Below are positions 1 to 12,840 of a DNA stretch of 64,000 bases, piece by piece (positions within the stretch are counted from its first letter, which is position 1; the number at the start of each line of letters is the position of its first letter). A program made the position numbers and the translations under genes. The notes below the pieces were generated by a model. It had not been told where the DNA came from and did no database searches. It worked only from the letters and a program-made list of their open reading frames with translations. Source of the DNA: Callorhinchus milii (taxonomy: Eukaryota). The stretch is taken from positions 63,118,001 to 63,182,000 of the forward strand of contig NW_024704742.1 in assembly GCF_018977255.1 (NCBI RefSeq), read 5' to 3'.

Positions 1-1889
1 GAAAATGGAATATGAGGGCAAACTAGCGAGGAACATAAGGACAGACTGCAAGAGTTTTTACAAATATATAAAGAGGAAGAAACTGTCAAAGGTAAATATG
101 GATCCGTTAGAGGCAGAGACGGAGGGAATTAAAGTGGGGGACAAAGACATGGCAGAGTCATTAAACAAGTGCTTTGCTACTGTCTTCACCTTAGAAGACA
201 CTGAAAATCTACCAAGAATAGAGGGGAACCAAGAAGACAATGTTAGCGAGCAACTTGGGGAAATTAATATTAGTAAAGAAATGGTTTTAGGTAAATTGTC
301 AGGTCTTAAAACTGATAAATCCCTGGACCTGATGGCCTACATCCTAGGGTTTTAAAAGAGGTGGCTACTGAGATAGTGGATGGCTTGTCTTTGATCTTCC
401 AAAATTCTCTGGATTCTGGAACAGTTCCCATTGATTGGAAGATTGCAAACATAACACCACTATTTAAGAAGGGTGGGAGAGAAAAGATGGGGATCTATAA
501 ACCAGTTAGTCTGACATCAGTGGTAGGGAGTCCTTAATTAAGGATGCCGTTATGGGATTCCTGGAAGACCATAACAAGATTAGGCAGAGTCAACATGGCT
601 TTACAAAAGGGAAGTCATGCTTAACTAATCTTTTAGAGTTTTTTGAAGATGTATCTAGCAGGTTAGATGGGGGGAACCAGTAGATGTAGTATATTTAGAT
701 TTTAAAAAGGCATTTGACAAAGTGCCACACAAAAGGCTATTGCACAAGGTTAAGGCCCACGGGATTAATGGGAACATATTAGCATGGATTGAAGAGTGGC
801 TAATGGGTAGAAAACAGAGAGTAGGGATAAACGGGTCATTCTCGAATTGGCAGGATGTGACTAGTGGAGTGCCACAAGGATCAGTGCTTGGGCCTCAGCT
901 ATTTACAATTTACATCAATGATCTAGACGAGGACATTGAATGTAACGTATCTAAATTCGCGGATGACACTAAACTAGGTGGGAGAGTAAGCTCTGAGGAT
1001 GATGCAAAAAGATTGCAACGGGATATAGATAGGCTCGGGGAGTGGGCGAGTAGGTGGCAGATGGAATTTAATGTGGGGAAGTGTGAAGTTATTCACCTAG
1101 GTAGCAAAAATAGAAAAACAGATTATTTTCTAGAGGGGAGAGATTAGATAGTGTTAGTGTTCAGAGGGATTTGGGTGTCCTTGTACACCAGTCTCAAAAA
1201 GTTAGTTTGCAGGTGCAGCAAGCAACTAAGAAGGCGAACGGCATGTTAGCGTTCATTGCAAAAGGTTTAGAGTACAAGAGTAGGGAAGTCTTGCTGCAAC
1301 TGTATAGGGCCTTGGTGAGACCGCACCTAGAGTATTGTGTGCAGTTTTGGTCTCCTTATTTAAAAAAGGACATACTTGCCCTAGAGGGGTGCAGCGTAGA
1401 TTCACTAGATTAGTTCCTGGGATGAGGGGACTGATCTATGAGGATAGGCTGAATAAACTAGGGCTGTATTCTCTAGAGTACAGAAGAATTAGGGGAGATC
1501 TTATCGAAACATATAAGATTCTTAAAGGGCTGGATAAAGTAGACACTGAGGGGCTGTTTCCCCTGGTAGGAGAATCTATAACCAGGGGTCACAGTCTTAA
1601 AATTAAGGGTCAGCCTTTTAGAATAGAGTTGAGGAAACATTTCTTCACTCAGAGGGTAGTGAATTTATGGAATTTCCTACCCCAGAAGGCTGTAGATGCT
1701 CAGTCCTTGAACATCTTCAAGGCTGAGACTGATAGATTTTTTAAAAAATAGAGGAATTAGGGGATATGGGGATAGGGCAGGTAATGAAAGTTAGGTCTGA
1801 AGATCAGCCATGATCTTATCGAATGGCGGGGCAGGCTCGAGGGGCAGAATGGCCTACTCCTGCTCCTAATTCTTATGTTCTTATGTTCT
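1..1889 (+). mobile_element. CR1-clade LINE (HER1-like), ORF2 RT region plus 3' UTR; frameshifted, cut by the window start
   Basis: Consecutive ORFs 5-355, 722-1147, 1171-1413 and 1335-1751 carry CR1 RT motifs ([52 protein letters not shown]). Ends in a (TTCTTATG)n tail at about 1870-1889. Confidence 0.95.
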
Positions 1890-2271
1890 AACATCCTCAC
1901 TCTAGTGTTTAAATCCCTCTATTCCTTGGCACCCCCCTAACTCTCTAACCTCCTATCTCCCCACAGCAGTAACCGCTGCCTCCACTCTACTGGATACAGC
2001 TTCCTCCATGTCCCCCGAATCCTCTGCTCCACCATCGACAGCCGTGCATTCAGCCACTAACCCCCAAAAATTTGGACCTCGCTCTGTCAACCCCTTTGCC
2101 TCGTTCCTCCTTCCCCATCTTCAGGTTGTGCCTGAAGACCTTCCTCTTCAACTGCGCCTACAGTCACTTTACCCCTCCTACTGGCTCAGCCTCAGGCTCC
2201 ACCAATGTTAAGTGCTCTGAGACGCCGCCTAGCGTTGAAGGTGCTATATAAATACAAATTGTTGTTGTTGT
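1890..2271 (+). mobile_element. L2 LINE 3' fragment
   Basis: C-rich degenerate L2 ORF2 end; tail 'gtgctctgagacg...gaaggtgctatataaat' followed by (TTG)n. Confidence 0.75.
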
Positions 2272-3358
2272 AGCCCCCACATTGTCTCGTGCGGAGCTCC
2301 TCAGGACTCTGTCCTTGGTCCACTCCTCTTCAATATCTACATGCTCCCTCTGGGTGACATCATCCACAAGCATGGGGTCAACTTCCAATGTATGTGGATG
2401 ACACCCTACTCTACCTCTCTGCCTCCACCCTTGACTCCAAGACCACTGCTGGCCTGACAGAATGTCCGTCAGACATCAAGTCCTGGATGAGAGCTAACTT
2501 TCTTCAGTTGAACGTCAACAAGACCGAGGCTCTCCTGATTGGGTCCCGTCAGCACCTCCTCACCTCAGGCGATGACAGCATTACCATCCATGGTTGCATA
2601 CTCCATCTTAAGCCAGTCCAGAACCTTGGTGTCTTGTTTGACCCACAACTATCCTTTCTACCCCACATCCGTGCCATGCCCATTCTGCCTTCCCCCACCT
2701 CCACAACATCGCTCGGCTCTGCCACTTTCTCACACCACAGGCCGCCGAGACCCTCATGCACACATTCATTACATTGAGGCTCAAGTATGCAAACTCCTTG
2801 CTTATCGACCTCCCCAACTCCACCCTCCACAGGCTGCAGATCATCCAGAACTCTGCAGTCCATTTCCTATCCTGCACTAAGCTCCATGTCCCTATCACCT
2901 CCATCCTCGCCCGACTAAACTGGCTTCCCATCACACAGAGGATACAGTTCAAGATCCTGCTCCTCCCCTTCAAAGCCCTCCATGGTCTTGTTACCCCCTA
3001 CCTCTGCGACCTCCTAACACCTTACCATCCTCCCCTCTCCCTCCACTCAGGGGGCTCCGGTTTGCTTCATATCCCCCGCCTCGCCCGCCCCACCATTGGT
3101 GCATAGGCCTTCTGCCACTCTGCCACCACCCTCTGGAACTCCATCCTGCAATTCCTCTGCCTCGCCCCTCCCTTTCCACCTTCAAGACCCATCTCAAAAA
3201 CCTCCTCTACGACCGTGCTTTCAATCATCCTGCATCCCCCTGCCATCCACCCTCTCCAATCCCGATCCCCAGCTCGAATCCGAAACTCTGACTGTCCAGT
3301 GCCTTGGGACATCCTCCCGACGTGAAAGGCACGATACAAATGTAATGTTGTTGTTGTT
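2272..3358 (+). mobile_element. L2 LINE, 5'-truncated (RT C-terminal half plus tail)
   Basis: ORFs with [23 protein letters not shown] and LNWLPITQRIQFK; hairpin tail gggacatcctcccgacgtgaaaggc followed by (TTG)n. Confidence 0.92.
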
Positions 3359-3409
3359 CCTACTTACTGCTATATAAACAGAGGTGTGCAGAATAAAAAA
3401 AAACCTGCC

Positions 3410-3516
3410 TAAGATTTTGCCCTGTCTAGGAATTGACCATAATGACCCCGGGTCCTTGAACCCAGGTCCTTTCGCTTGTAAGTGAGTGCTTTAACCTATA
3501 CCCTATAGGACTCCAC
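3410..3516 (-). mobile_element. tRNA-derived SINE head fragment (young family)
   Basis: Reverse complement starts gtggagtcctatag and has a B-box-like gggttcaa, matching the head at 30366. Confidence 0.6.
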
Positions 3517-3524
3517 TCGCGTTG

Positions 3525-3670
3525 CATACAAGAGGGAGAAAGGAGTATAGGGATGTACGAGAGGATATTAGGAGAGGTGGAGACTTGTGTGGAGTAGAAA
3601 AACCGGCATGGACTAGTGGGGCTGGTCGACCTGATTCCATACTTTAATGCGTTCTATGTAATTTTGTGTA
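3525..3670 (+). mobile_element. Old CR1-type 3' tail fragment
   Basis: gtgtggag...aaaccggcatggactag...ttctatgta. Related copies at about 6440-6497, 12940-13010(-), 20120-20277, 30020-30290, 47665-47860(-) and 50870-51008. Confidence 0.6.
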
Positions 3671-3689
3671 ATTAATAATATGTCTACTC

Positions 3690-4090
3690 ATCACTTTGTC
3701 ATAATGCAGGATGTAAAGCAGCAGACATTGAGATCAGACTCTAAGATGTCAGCCATAAATCGCCTCCCTCGACTCAGTGTGACATTCTAATGTGTAAATC
3801 AACAAGTTAATTATAGCGTGCTCGCTCTCAAAAATCACATCCGTCACTATAATTGTTACATTTTAATTAAAATTCAAGCTGTCATCACTCAGCAAACCGT
3901 CCTTTATTAAAGAGCCGACACTTTAAATTGATATGTACTTAATTGCAATGTAAAATGTATCACTTTTCATTCAACGTGTAGAGCAGGGGGTTAATTGAAT
4001 GTCATTTTATTTTGACTCGCTGTTTTAAATAGTGCAAGAAATGTCATTCAGGATGGGATTATTAATGCATTGGCACCTTGTTGTCAGTAG
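3690..4090. promoter_or_regulatory. Candidate conserved non-coding element / enhancer
   Basis: Repeat-free and AT-rich, with dense TAAT/ATTA and TGTCA/TGACA motifs and retained CpGs. Conservation not tested. Confidence 0.4.
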
Positions 4091-4849
4091 ACGTACACAT
4101 GAAGTTTGATAGTGGGTTGTTCTCTCTTTTCGAGCAGTACCATGGGATCTTTAACGTACACACATCCATAGGGAGACGGAACCTCACTTTAACATCTTAT
4201 CCAAAGAATGGCACATTTGACAATGCAGGGTACCCTTAGCACTACATTGCTGTATCAGCCGAGATTGTGAGCTCATGTGAGTTAAGTCTTACATGAACAT
4301 ATTTATTATGTACCTTCTGAAAGCCTAGTATAATTATGAAAGAATGGAACAGCACATCAAATCTGCACTGCTGATTATCTCTTATGTACAACCCTTATCT
4401 ACCGCAATAGTTTGGTTACTGTCTTTAAAAAATCCAAAGATTCATGAAGCATTCCCTATTGCTCCAAATCTTATTTAGTTACTTGTAGCATTAAATGAGC
4501 TTGAATATTATCATTGTGAAATGCTCTCAAAACAGTTTATCAGTGTAGATATTAGGCTAACTGGTCTCTAATTTTCAGGCCTGTGTCTCAGTCCTTTCTT
4601 AAATCATGCATTAATATTTGCTCACCTCGAGTCCTTGGGTGGAGCTTTAGTGTATATGAAGCACCTAAAACTGTAACCAGAGGCTCAACTCTTTCCCATT
4701 TTCCTCCGATGTATCTCCTCTTGTATATAATGTGTATATGAATGTGTATAATGTACAGATTAATTTATACGCATTCACTGATTTGACATTTTTCATCATA
4801 CAAACTCTACCACTATCCACTTGTATAAGATAATTATCCTTGTATTTGT

Positions 4850-5362
4850 TTTTGTGTTTAATCACATTATCATAACATCTTAAAGCACTTGCAGAGTTTA
4901 CCGTAAAGTGCAGTGAATGGGTATTTGTAGGCAAACACTGCAGCCAATTTACGCAAAGTAATGTGCCACAAACATCCACAAATTACCAATTTTATCTGGA
5001 GGATTATTGGGCAAGACACCATAAGATTCACTTTACAGTGTGTTCTGTGAAGCGCTTTGGGATGTCCTCCCAACGTGAAAAGCGCTATATCAAATGCAAG
5101 GATTATTATAAGAAACTCCATCCTCTTTTTGAGTAGTGCCATATGATTTTTGACATCGACCTGAACAGTCAGAGAAGTTGGGACCATTTTTATTAAAAAG
5201 CATCTCATCCAAAGAACAGCAACTGTGACAATTCAGCACTCCTCCAACACTACACTGGATTGTCATCCAAGATAATCAGATCAAAGTCTCGATGTGGCAT
5301 TTGAACCAACAACCCTCTGACTCAGAGGTGAGAATGCTTTCAGCTGAGTCAGGCTGACACCT
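4850..5362 (-). mobile_element. Deu-domain tRNA SINE (SacSINE1-like), interrupted by a young SINE tail at about 5025-5110
   Basis: Reverse complement has the ctctgagtcagagggttg head and the Deu-like ttggatgagatg...atatggcactact segment. Confidence 0.7.
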
Positions 5363-6497
5363 AAAGATCCATGAGCCAAATTAACTTGTATCTGGAACAG
5401 ATATTAAATATTTATTTTCCAAATGTCCCATGTCCTGGACTCCGGTTTTAAATCATTTTATCAGATTCCGTCCCTGTTCTTATATTCCCGTTTTAGTGTA
5501 AGTTTTTCTCATATAATGTTTAGATGATATAGTGGCATTTCACTCAAAGTGGCTGGTTATCATATAAAACCATTGACCAAAGGCAGATTCAACTTATTGC
5601 CTGTCCAAAGGATACATGCTTTTCAATCATAAAAAGATTAAAACCTCTACAAATGTGATGTTACTTTCAAAGCACGATTGCTATTCACTTCAGAATACCA
5701 TGATGCTGAAGATAACACTGCTGTGACGTGGATAGGTGGACTATAATCATATTTAAGATGGATAACTCTTGATATGGTGCTGAGCACTTCTAATTAAAGT
5801 CGAATCTCCTCTGCCCAATAAGTCTCATAAATAAACCAGCATGAAAACAATTTTATCTGTCACTCCTGATATAGATAAGTGTAAAATGGGACAGGAAATT
5901 TGAAATATTTATACACTAAAAAGATATCCATTTGCAAAAAAAAAGGAAAGAAAGAATTTGGGTTATTATTGATTTTACCAGAGACCAGTCAACCTGGTTG
6001 TTAACTACAAGGCTAGTGAAGCAAAAATCTGCATCTCAAAAGCATCGGACTATAAGCCATACCAAGTTACAGTAGTCCAACATTTGATGGCTCATTGATA
6101 TGACTATTATTTGAATGATGCTTTCAATATTGGGCACCTTACCTTCAAAATGCACTGATTCATTAGAGTGTGATCAAGGAGGAGCCATTATGATTCTAAA
6201 TCATAGAGCTCCAACCTATGTGAAAATAATCGCACAAATAGCACCTTGTGTCAAAATGGTACCTCAAGACAATTAATTTCTTCTTGGGAATGTCATTAAT
6301 GGCATGTGGACCCATGAGAACTCACCTCTGCTGTGATCTTGAGTCTCAGAAAAGTTCTCACGAGTTGCAGCCAACTCTAACAGGTCAGTAAGATTTATTT
6401 GGGTTTCACTGGAGCAGATGTACTTTACCCGACCAATGCTCATATAGAATATAAACACCATCATGGACTAGTTGGGCAGAATGGTATGTTTTCTGTG

Positions 6498-7156
6498 AAC
6501 AATCAGCAGATCAGGCAGGACCTATGGAGAAAGGAAAGTGAGTCAACGTTTCGGTTCCACGACCCTTTGTGTGTTCTGACGAAGAGTCGTGAACCCGAAA
6601 CGTTGACTCACTTTCCTTTCTCCTTAGAATCATAGAATCGTACAGCACACAAAGAGGCCATTCGGCCCATCGAGTTTGTGCCGGCTCTTTGAATAGAGCA
6701 ATGTAATGTCAATCCCACTCCCCAGCCCTTTCCCCATAACCTTGCAAACCCATCCTCCTCAAATACCAGTTCACTACTTTTTTAAAAGTAGTTATCGAAT
6801 TGGCCTCGACCACCCTTTCAGGCAATGCGTTCCAGATTTGAACAACTCGCTGCATGAAAAAATTTCTTCGCATCTTCCTTCTGCTTCTTTTAGAGACTAT
6901 TTTGAATCTGTGATCTCGAGTCACCGACACACCCACCGGTGGAAAGAGTTTTTCCCTTTCTAACCTATCAAATCCCCTCATGATTTTGAAGACCTCTATT
7001 AGGTCTCCTCGTAACCTTCTCTGCTCCAATGAGAATAATCCTAGTTTTTTTTTGACACAAATTAGTGTTTACTTAGATGCTGCCTTACCTGCTGAGTGTT
7101 CCCAGTGACTTCTGTTTTTGTTTCGGATTTCCAGCATCTGCAGTATTTTGCATTTT
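6498..7156. mobile_element. Palindromic Penelope-like non-autonomous element, split by a CR1 insertion
   Basis: Perfect 29-bp inverted arms at 6526-6554 and 6595-6623. Continuation 'agatgctgccttacctgctgagt...ttccagcatctgcagtattttgc' at 7075-7156. Confidence 0.6.
6626..7045 (-). mobile_element. Young CR1 LINE 3' fragment
   Basis: ORF 6709-7029(-) RRLRGDLIEVFKIMRGFD...; close to the sequence at 15700-16126; (ATTCTATG) tail. Confidence 0.92.
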
Positions 7157-7589
7157 GGCCTGTTTCTGTCCTCTACAATATATGTAAATCTAAGGTGACA
7201 TATCTGCTGTTGTTTCTCTGAAGACCATAGTTGAAGCTTTAAAGACCTTTAACCAATTCTTTTTTTTCTGTAGTATAACATTGTGAAGCAGGAAACAATC
7301 TTATTCTCCAAGAGCTAAAAAATAACAAGGACCCAAATTTGTCATTCAATCCATTAGCATTGGTGGATAATAACCAAATTCAGGAATCTATCATAAATAA
7401 ATAATAATAATGAATAATAATATTGATTTTGCTTCAAACTGTGGGGCACATTGGCTTATTGTAGAACATAAGTTAATACAGTGACAAGTTGAATAACTTT
7501 AAATATTAAAATTAGTTCAGGAGATCCACCACAGGTTTTAACTTTACAGCGACTATTCCTTCAGCTGACTGTAAGAAATGAGCAGAGCT

Positions 7590-8580
7590 CATGTCACAAG
7601 ATCACAAGATTAGGCCGGATAAAGAAATCACTTTGGCCCATCTGATCTCATCCTTCCAGAACACCCACCTTATCTTTCACCTTATCATGGTATCCAGCTG
7701 TTTTTTAAATCAGTCCACCATCCTGGTCTCAGTCTTCCCGCCAAGTTGTTCCAGTAACTGATTACCCTTTAGATAAAGAAAACGTAAGGGGTTTCCTGAA
7801 GTCCGAGTTCATACATGCGTTTGTACATCCAGTGCCTGGAATCTAACTTGCAGAGAGGTAAGCAGCTGCTGCTTAAGCTCCATACCTTCACCTGATGCAA
7901 CTATTGCTCACTGGGAAGGTATGTGTTCCTGAGTTGCGGACACAAAGATGGTAAGATGACGCTCTCACGCATTTCATACTGAGCTGTGTTGCCCATCTGG
8001 AAGTTCACAAGTACCTGTCATCCACTTAGTGAGGGCTCAAACTTGCACTTGTCAGATGTCAAATGAGCCATTCGTGACTATCTTCTTGGGTGGGGTATGG
8101 GTGGAGAGGTAAGTGGAGTCTCCAGGGCACTGCTGATGACAGCACAGCCAACCTGGATCATTGGCAGGACTTGGAAGGGCAGACTAGTCACTAATGGTGG
8201 GACTTTCCCAATTCAGCTTGCATTAACTATGTCCTGATCCATCCTAAAGTATTTTCTGGGTTTACTTTTTAATCCAATTAAAATTTTTGTACACCTATAT
8301 GAGGTCCCCTTTTAAATATCTTCCCTCAAGACTGAAGAGGCTTAGCTTGTCTAATTATTGTTCATAGGTCTTTCTTCTTACACTTGGCATCATCTTCATT
8401 GATCTCTTCCGCGCTGCTCCAGGGCCTAGGAACATCCCTTACATCACAATGAGAAGAACTGTAAGCAGTATTCTGGGGCAGTCTGGCCATAGTTTGAGTG
8501 TGATGTCTGGGGATCTGAACTGAACTGCTTTAGCAATGTAGCCCAGCATCCTGTTTGCTTTGTTTATGTCAAAAGGGATC
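7590..8580 (-). mobile_element. Old CR1 3' region, interrupted at about 7790-8195 by an unclassified element
   Basis: Degenerate antisense CR1 motifs (aggtcccctttta..cttc, agcccagcatcctgtttgc). Confidence 0.5.
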
Positions 8581-8684
8581 TGTCAAGAATAGAAGAGTGT
8601 GTTGTTCGATTGGTAGCACTCACTTCTGGGTCAGAAGCTCTCCAAGATACTAACCCATATGAAGGGCACTATATATATGCAAAT

Positions 8685-9552
8685 TGTTGTTGTCTTGCTC
8701 CTCCTTACCTCTGTGACCTGCTAACTCTATACAGACCTGTCCCCTTCCCCTGTTCAGTGGGCTCCGATCTGCTTCACCATCAGAGGTCGGGCCTTCAGCC
8801 TTGCTGCCCCAACCCTTTGGAATGATATTCCACAGTCCCTTCACCTCATCCCCTCCCTTTCCTCCTTCAATATTGCCTCAAGACTCTCCTCTTCGACCGT
8901 GTCTTCAGTCACCCTCCTAACCCTACCCTCCCTGCCCTTCACCCCTCCTGATCACAACCCCCAGCTCGGGTCCAAATTCTTGAATGTCTAGATCCTTGGA
9001 ACATGCTCCTGATGTGAAAGGCACTATACAAATGTAATTTGTTGTTATTGTTGTCACAAGATTGTAGGTTTATGCCCCTCATCAGGATCTCAGTGTATAA
9101 TCAATCCTGACACTCCAGTGCATTACTGGAGGCAATTCCAAATTATCAGTGATGTTGTTCTACAAAATACAGCCTCGCCCTCTCCCTCGCCTCCTTCAAA
9201 GCCCATCCCAAGACCTCCTCTTCGACCGTGTCTTCAGTCACCCTCCAACCCCTACCCTCCCTGCTCTCCAACCCCCAAGATTGGATAAACACAGCTAACA
9301 TCAAATGCAAGGTACTGTTTGAAATAAAAAGGGAGTTTCTCCTGTTGTTCTTGTCAATAATCCTCTAGATTTCTCTTTGACCGTGCCTTCAGCTCCCCTC
9401 TCGAATCTCTACCCCCTCCTCGCTCCCTCCCTTCCCTCCCCTCACCTTGACCATTTCCCCCCTGCTCGGGTCCTGACCCAACTGTACAGTGCCTTGGGAC
9501 GTCCTCCCGACGTGAAAGGTGCTCTATAAATGGAATCTTGTTGTTGTTGTTG
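8685..9552 (+). mobile_element. Cluster of L2 3' fragments (8685-9050, 9170-9280, young 9370-9552) interleaved with Deu-SINE pieces
   Basis: L2 tails with (TTG)n; 9370-9552 is near-identical to the reverse complement of 52220-52405. Confidence 0.8.
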
Positions 9553-9704
9553 TAGATATATCAATCATTTGGTTTATGATTCTTGGAAAAAATCTGTTCG
9601 ATATGTAACAGGTATGTAATAATATATAACCTATGTAATGCCAATAAAACTCTACAATATAAAATAATTTCTACATGTTTTCAATCTTCTGCAACATTTT
9701 GGGA

Positions 9705-10271
9705 GAAAGAGCTTAGATTTTACTGCTCTAGTTTAGCTGGCAACAGTTTGCATCTGGCCCTGACTGAAATGAATGACTAGTTTTCACCCACAACATACAC
9801 AGTCACATCACTTTTTCATTATATCCTGTGAAGTGCTTTGAGATGTCAATGTCATGAGGATGTGATAAGGTGCTATATCAAAAGTACGGATTGTTATTGT
9901 ATCTTTTCTTGCCTCAAATATTCCAATGCTCTCGCCAATCTCCCAAGCTCCACTATCCACAAAATCCATGTTAATCCAAACCTCTGTTGCCCATATACTC
10001 ATCTTTTCTAAACTCTGTACCACCATCACCCCAGTCCTTGCGATGCTCCACTGACTCCTTATTACAGAACAGCTCGACTTCAAGATCCTACACTCATTTA
10101 CAATTCTTCATCCCCTGGCACCATCCTACCTTTCCAACCCCCTTACTCCCTAATCCATTACCCTCTGTCTCCGCTCAACTGGCTCCAGCCTCCTGCATAA
10201 CTCTTGTTCCCTCCACTCCATCATTGGCACTGTTGCCAGCTAAACTAGAGCAGTAAAATCTAAGCTCTTTC
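9705..10271. repeat. Perfect 43-bp inverted repeat (9705-9747 and 10229-10271)
   Basis: gaaagagcttagattttactgctctagtttagctggcaacagt and its exact reverse complement. Confidence 0.95.
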
Positions 10272-10679
10272 ATCAATGAAGGATCAAAACCAAACCAAGA
10301 CTGAAATTATCTTCTTAATTGCTCTCCTGGTGGATGTTAATCAGACCAGCAGCACAGCTCTAAATACTTTTCCATAAGTCCACTGCCATGGTAAAGAAGA
10401 TGCTAGAGCAAAACAAGCCATTAGCTATCTTAGGCACTTCAAATACCAGAACAATAAGATTCTTCTGCTTCCTCCCTGTGTTAAATGTCAGTACGAAAAA
10501 ATAAGATGGAATAGTTAAACAGTTCTTAAAATGGTATAATTTAAAACTATTCTGAGCTTTTTATTGGAAAAAAATCACTGAGAAAGCATTTTGTTGGCCC
10601 CATTGCAATTTTCGATGGTTTCTGCACTATTGAGATTATTATAATAATCCATTTAATATAGTTTTTTTCATGTTGCCAA

Positions 10680-12455
10680 CCTATCAGTCCATCAGCAGAA
10701 CTGGCTAACCACACTAAGACTTACCACTCCGTCCTCGCCTCCGCCAAATCATCCTTTTACTACAAAATAATCTTGGGGCCAAGGACAAACCCAGGATCCT
10801 CTTCTCCACCACTAACCACCTCCTCCATCCATCTTTCCATGTCTCATCCATCCTCTTCTCCAAGTTCAACTGCGAGGAGATGTTGGACTCCCTTGAATCC
10901 AAAATCGATGAATTTGCTAAGATATCTCTCCCTCATCCACCACTATTCCCTCGTCACCTCCCCCTAACACCCCAGTCCCCACCCACCTTCGACCCTATCT
11001 CCCCCTTTTCCCTCACCTCCATCATCTCAAAAATTAAGCTCACGACCTGCTCCCTCAACCCGAAACCCACCCTTCTCCTCACCTCCAAGCTCCACCTCCT
11101 GAACCTTCTTTTAACCAACATTATCAACCTATCCTTATCCACTGGCAATGTTCCCAACCCCATAAAGCAGCTGTCATCACCCCCAACCCACAGCACAGAA
11201 GCAGTCTTGGTGATATTCTGAACATCTGCAACCAGGGTTCTCTCTGCCTCTTTGTCCTCTTCGACCTCTCTGCTGTCTTCGACACTGTTGACCATTCTAT
11301 CCTACTAGACTGCCTTCCCTCTCAGCTCAATCTTCGCAGACCTGCCCTTGCCTGGTTTGAATTCTACCTCTCCCACCGTCTCCACTTTGTCATGCCCTCA
11401 GGGCTCTGTACTTGGCCCTCTCCTTTTCAATATCTATATGCTTCCCATTCGCAGCATCATCCACAGACTTGGGGTCAACTCCCACGTGTATGCAGGTGAC
11501 ACCCAACTCTATCTCTCTGCCTCCACCCTCAATTCCAGAACCACTGCTATCCTGACAGAATGTCAGTCAGATATCAAGTCCTGGATGAGAGATAACTTCC
11601 TGCAGTTGAATGTCAACAAGACTGAGGCCCTCCTGCTTGGCTATCGTCCGTGCCTCCAAACCTTTGGTGCTGATACCATCTCCCTCCATGGGTGCACTCT
11701 CCCTCCATGGATGGAACCTTACCATCCTGTTCGACCCTCAACTGCGCTTTATATTCCACATCCGTGACATGACCAGCTCTGCCTTTGCCCACCTCTGCAA
11801 CTTTGCTCGGCTCCACCACTGTCTCACACTCCAGGCCGCCGAGACCCTCATACATGCTTTCAGAACATCCAGGCTGAACTACACAAACTCCCTAGTTGTC
11901 AGCCTCCCAAGCTCTTCCCTCGATAAGCTAGAAATCATCCAGAACTCGACAGCCCGTGTCCTCTCCTGCACTAAGCTCCGCGACCCAATCACTCCCATCC
12001 TCGCCCAACCTCACTGGTTTCCCATCACACAGAGGATACAGTTCAAGTTTCTCTTCCTCAAATTCAAAGCCATCCATGGCCTCGCTCCTCCCTACCTCTG
12101 CAATCTTCTAACCCCCTACCAACCTGCCCGTTCCCTCCGCTCAGCGGGCTCCAGCCTGCTTCACGGGTCTGCCTCCTCCGCCCCACCATTGGCGTGTGGG
12201 CCTTAAGCCACTCTGCCTCCATCGTCTGGAACTCCATCCTGCAGTCCCTCCATCTGATCCCCTGCCTTTCCTCTTTCAAGATCCATCTCAAGACTCTCCT
12301 CTTCGACCCTGCCTTTGGTCACCCTCCTTCCCCCCTGCCCTCCACCCTCCCCGCTCCCAACCCCCAGCTCAGATCTGCAATATTTATTGTCAAGTGCTTA
12401 GGGACGTCCTCCTGACGTGAAAGGTGCTATACAAATGTAATTTTGTTGTTGTTGT
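10680..12455 (+). mobile_element. L2 LINE, 5'-truncated and degenerate
   Basis: ORFs with [31 protein letters not shown] and HWFPITQRIQFK; hairpin tail followed by (TTG)n. Confidence 0.93.
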
Positions 12456-12840
12456 CAAGACATCTCTAAGTCCTTAACAGGATATACTGTGTATTTTGTG
12501 AGTGAGACGAGACAGCCATTGCACACAATAACATCCCACAAACAGCCTCCCGCAAACAGCCATGGAGTGAGTGATCAATTTTAGTTGTGGAGTTTGTTGG
12601 TCAGGACACCGGGAGAAACTCGCTTCTCTTTTTCAATTGTGCCATGAGATCTTTGAATTCCACTTGAACAGGCAAATGGGACCCCAGTTTTAACATTTCA
12701 TCCAAAGGACGGCACCTCTGACAATGCAACATACCAACAGCGCTATATTGGAGAGATAGCTTAGACTACATGATTCCACGTCCTGCTGTGGGACTTGAAC
12801 CCACAACCTTCTAACTACCACTGAGCCAGGCTGATAAACT
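12456..12840 (-). mobile_element. Deu-domain SINE (SacSINE1-like)
   Basis: Reverse complement has agaggtgccgtcctttggatgaaatgttaaa and aaagatctcatggcac, as in the Deu domain of AmnSINE1/SacSINE1. Confidence 0.8.
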
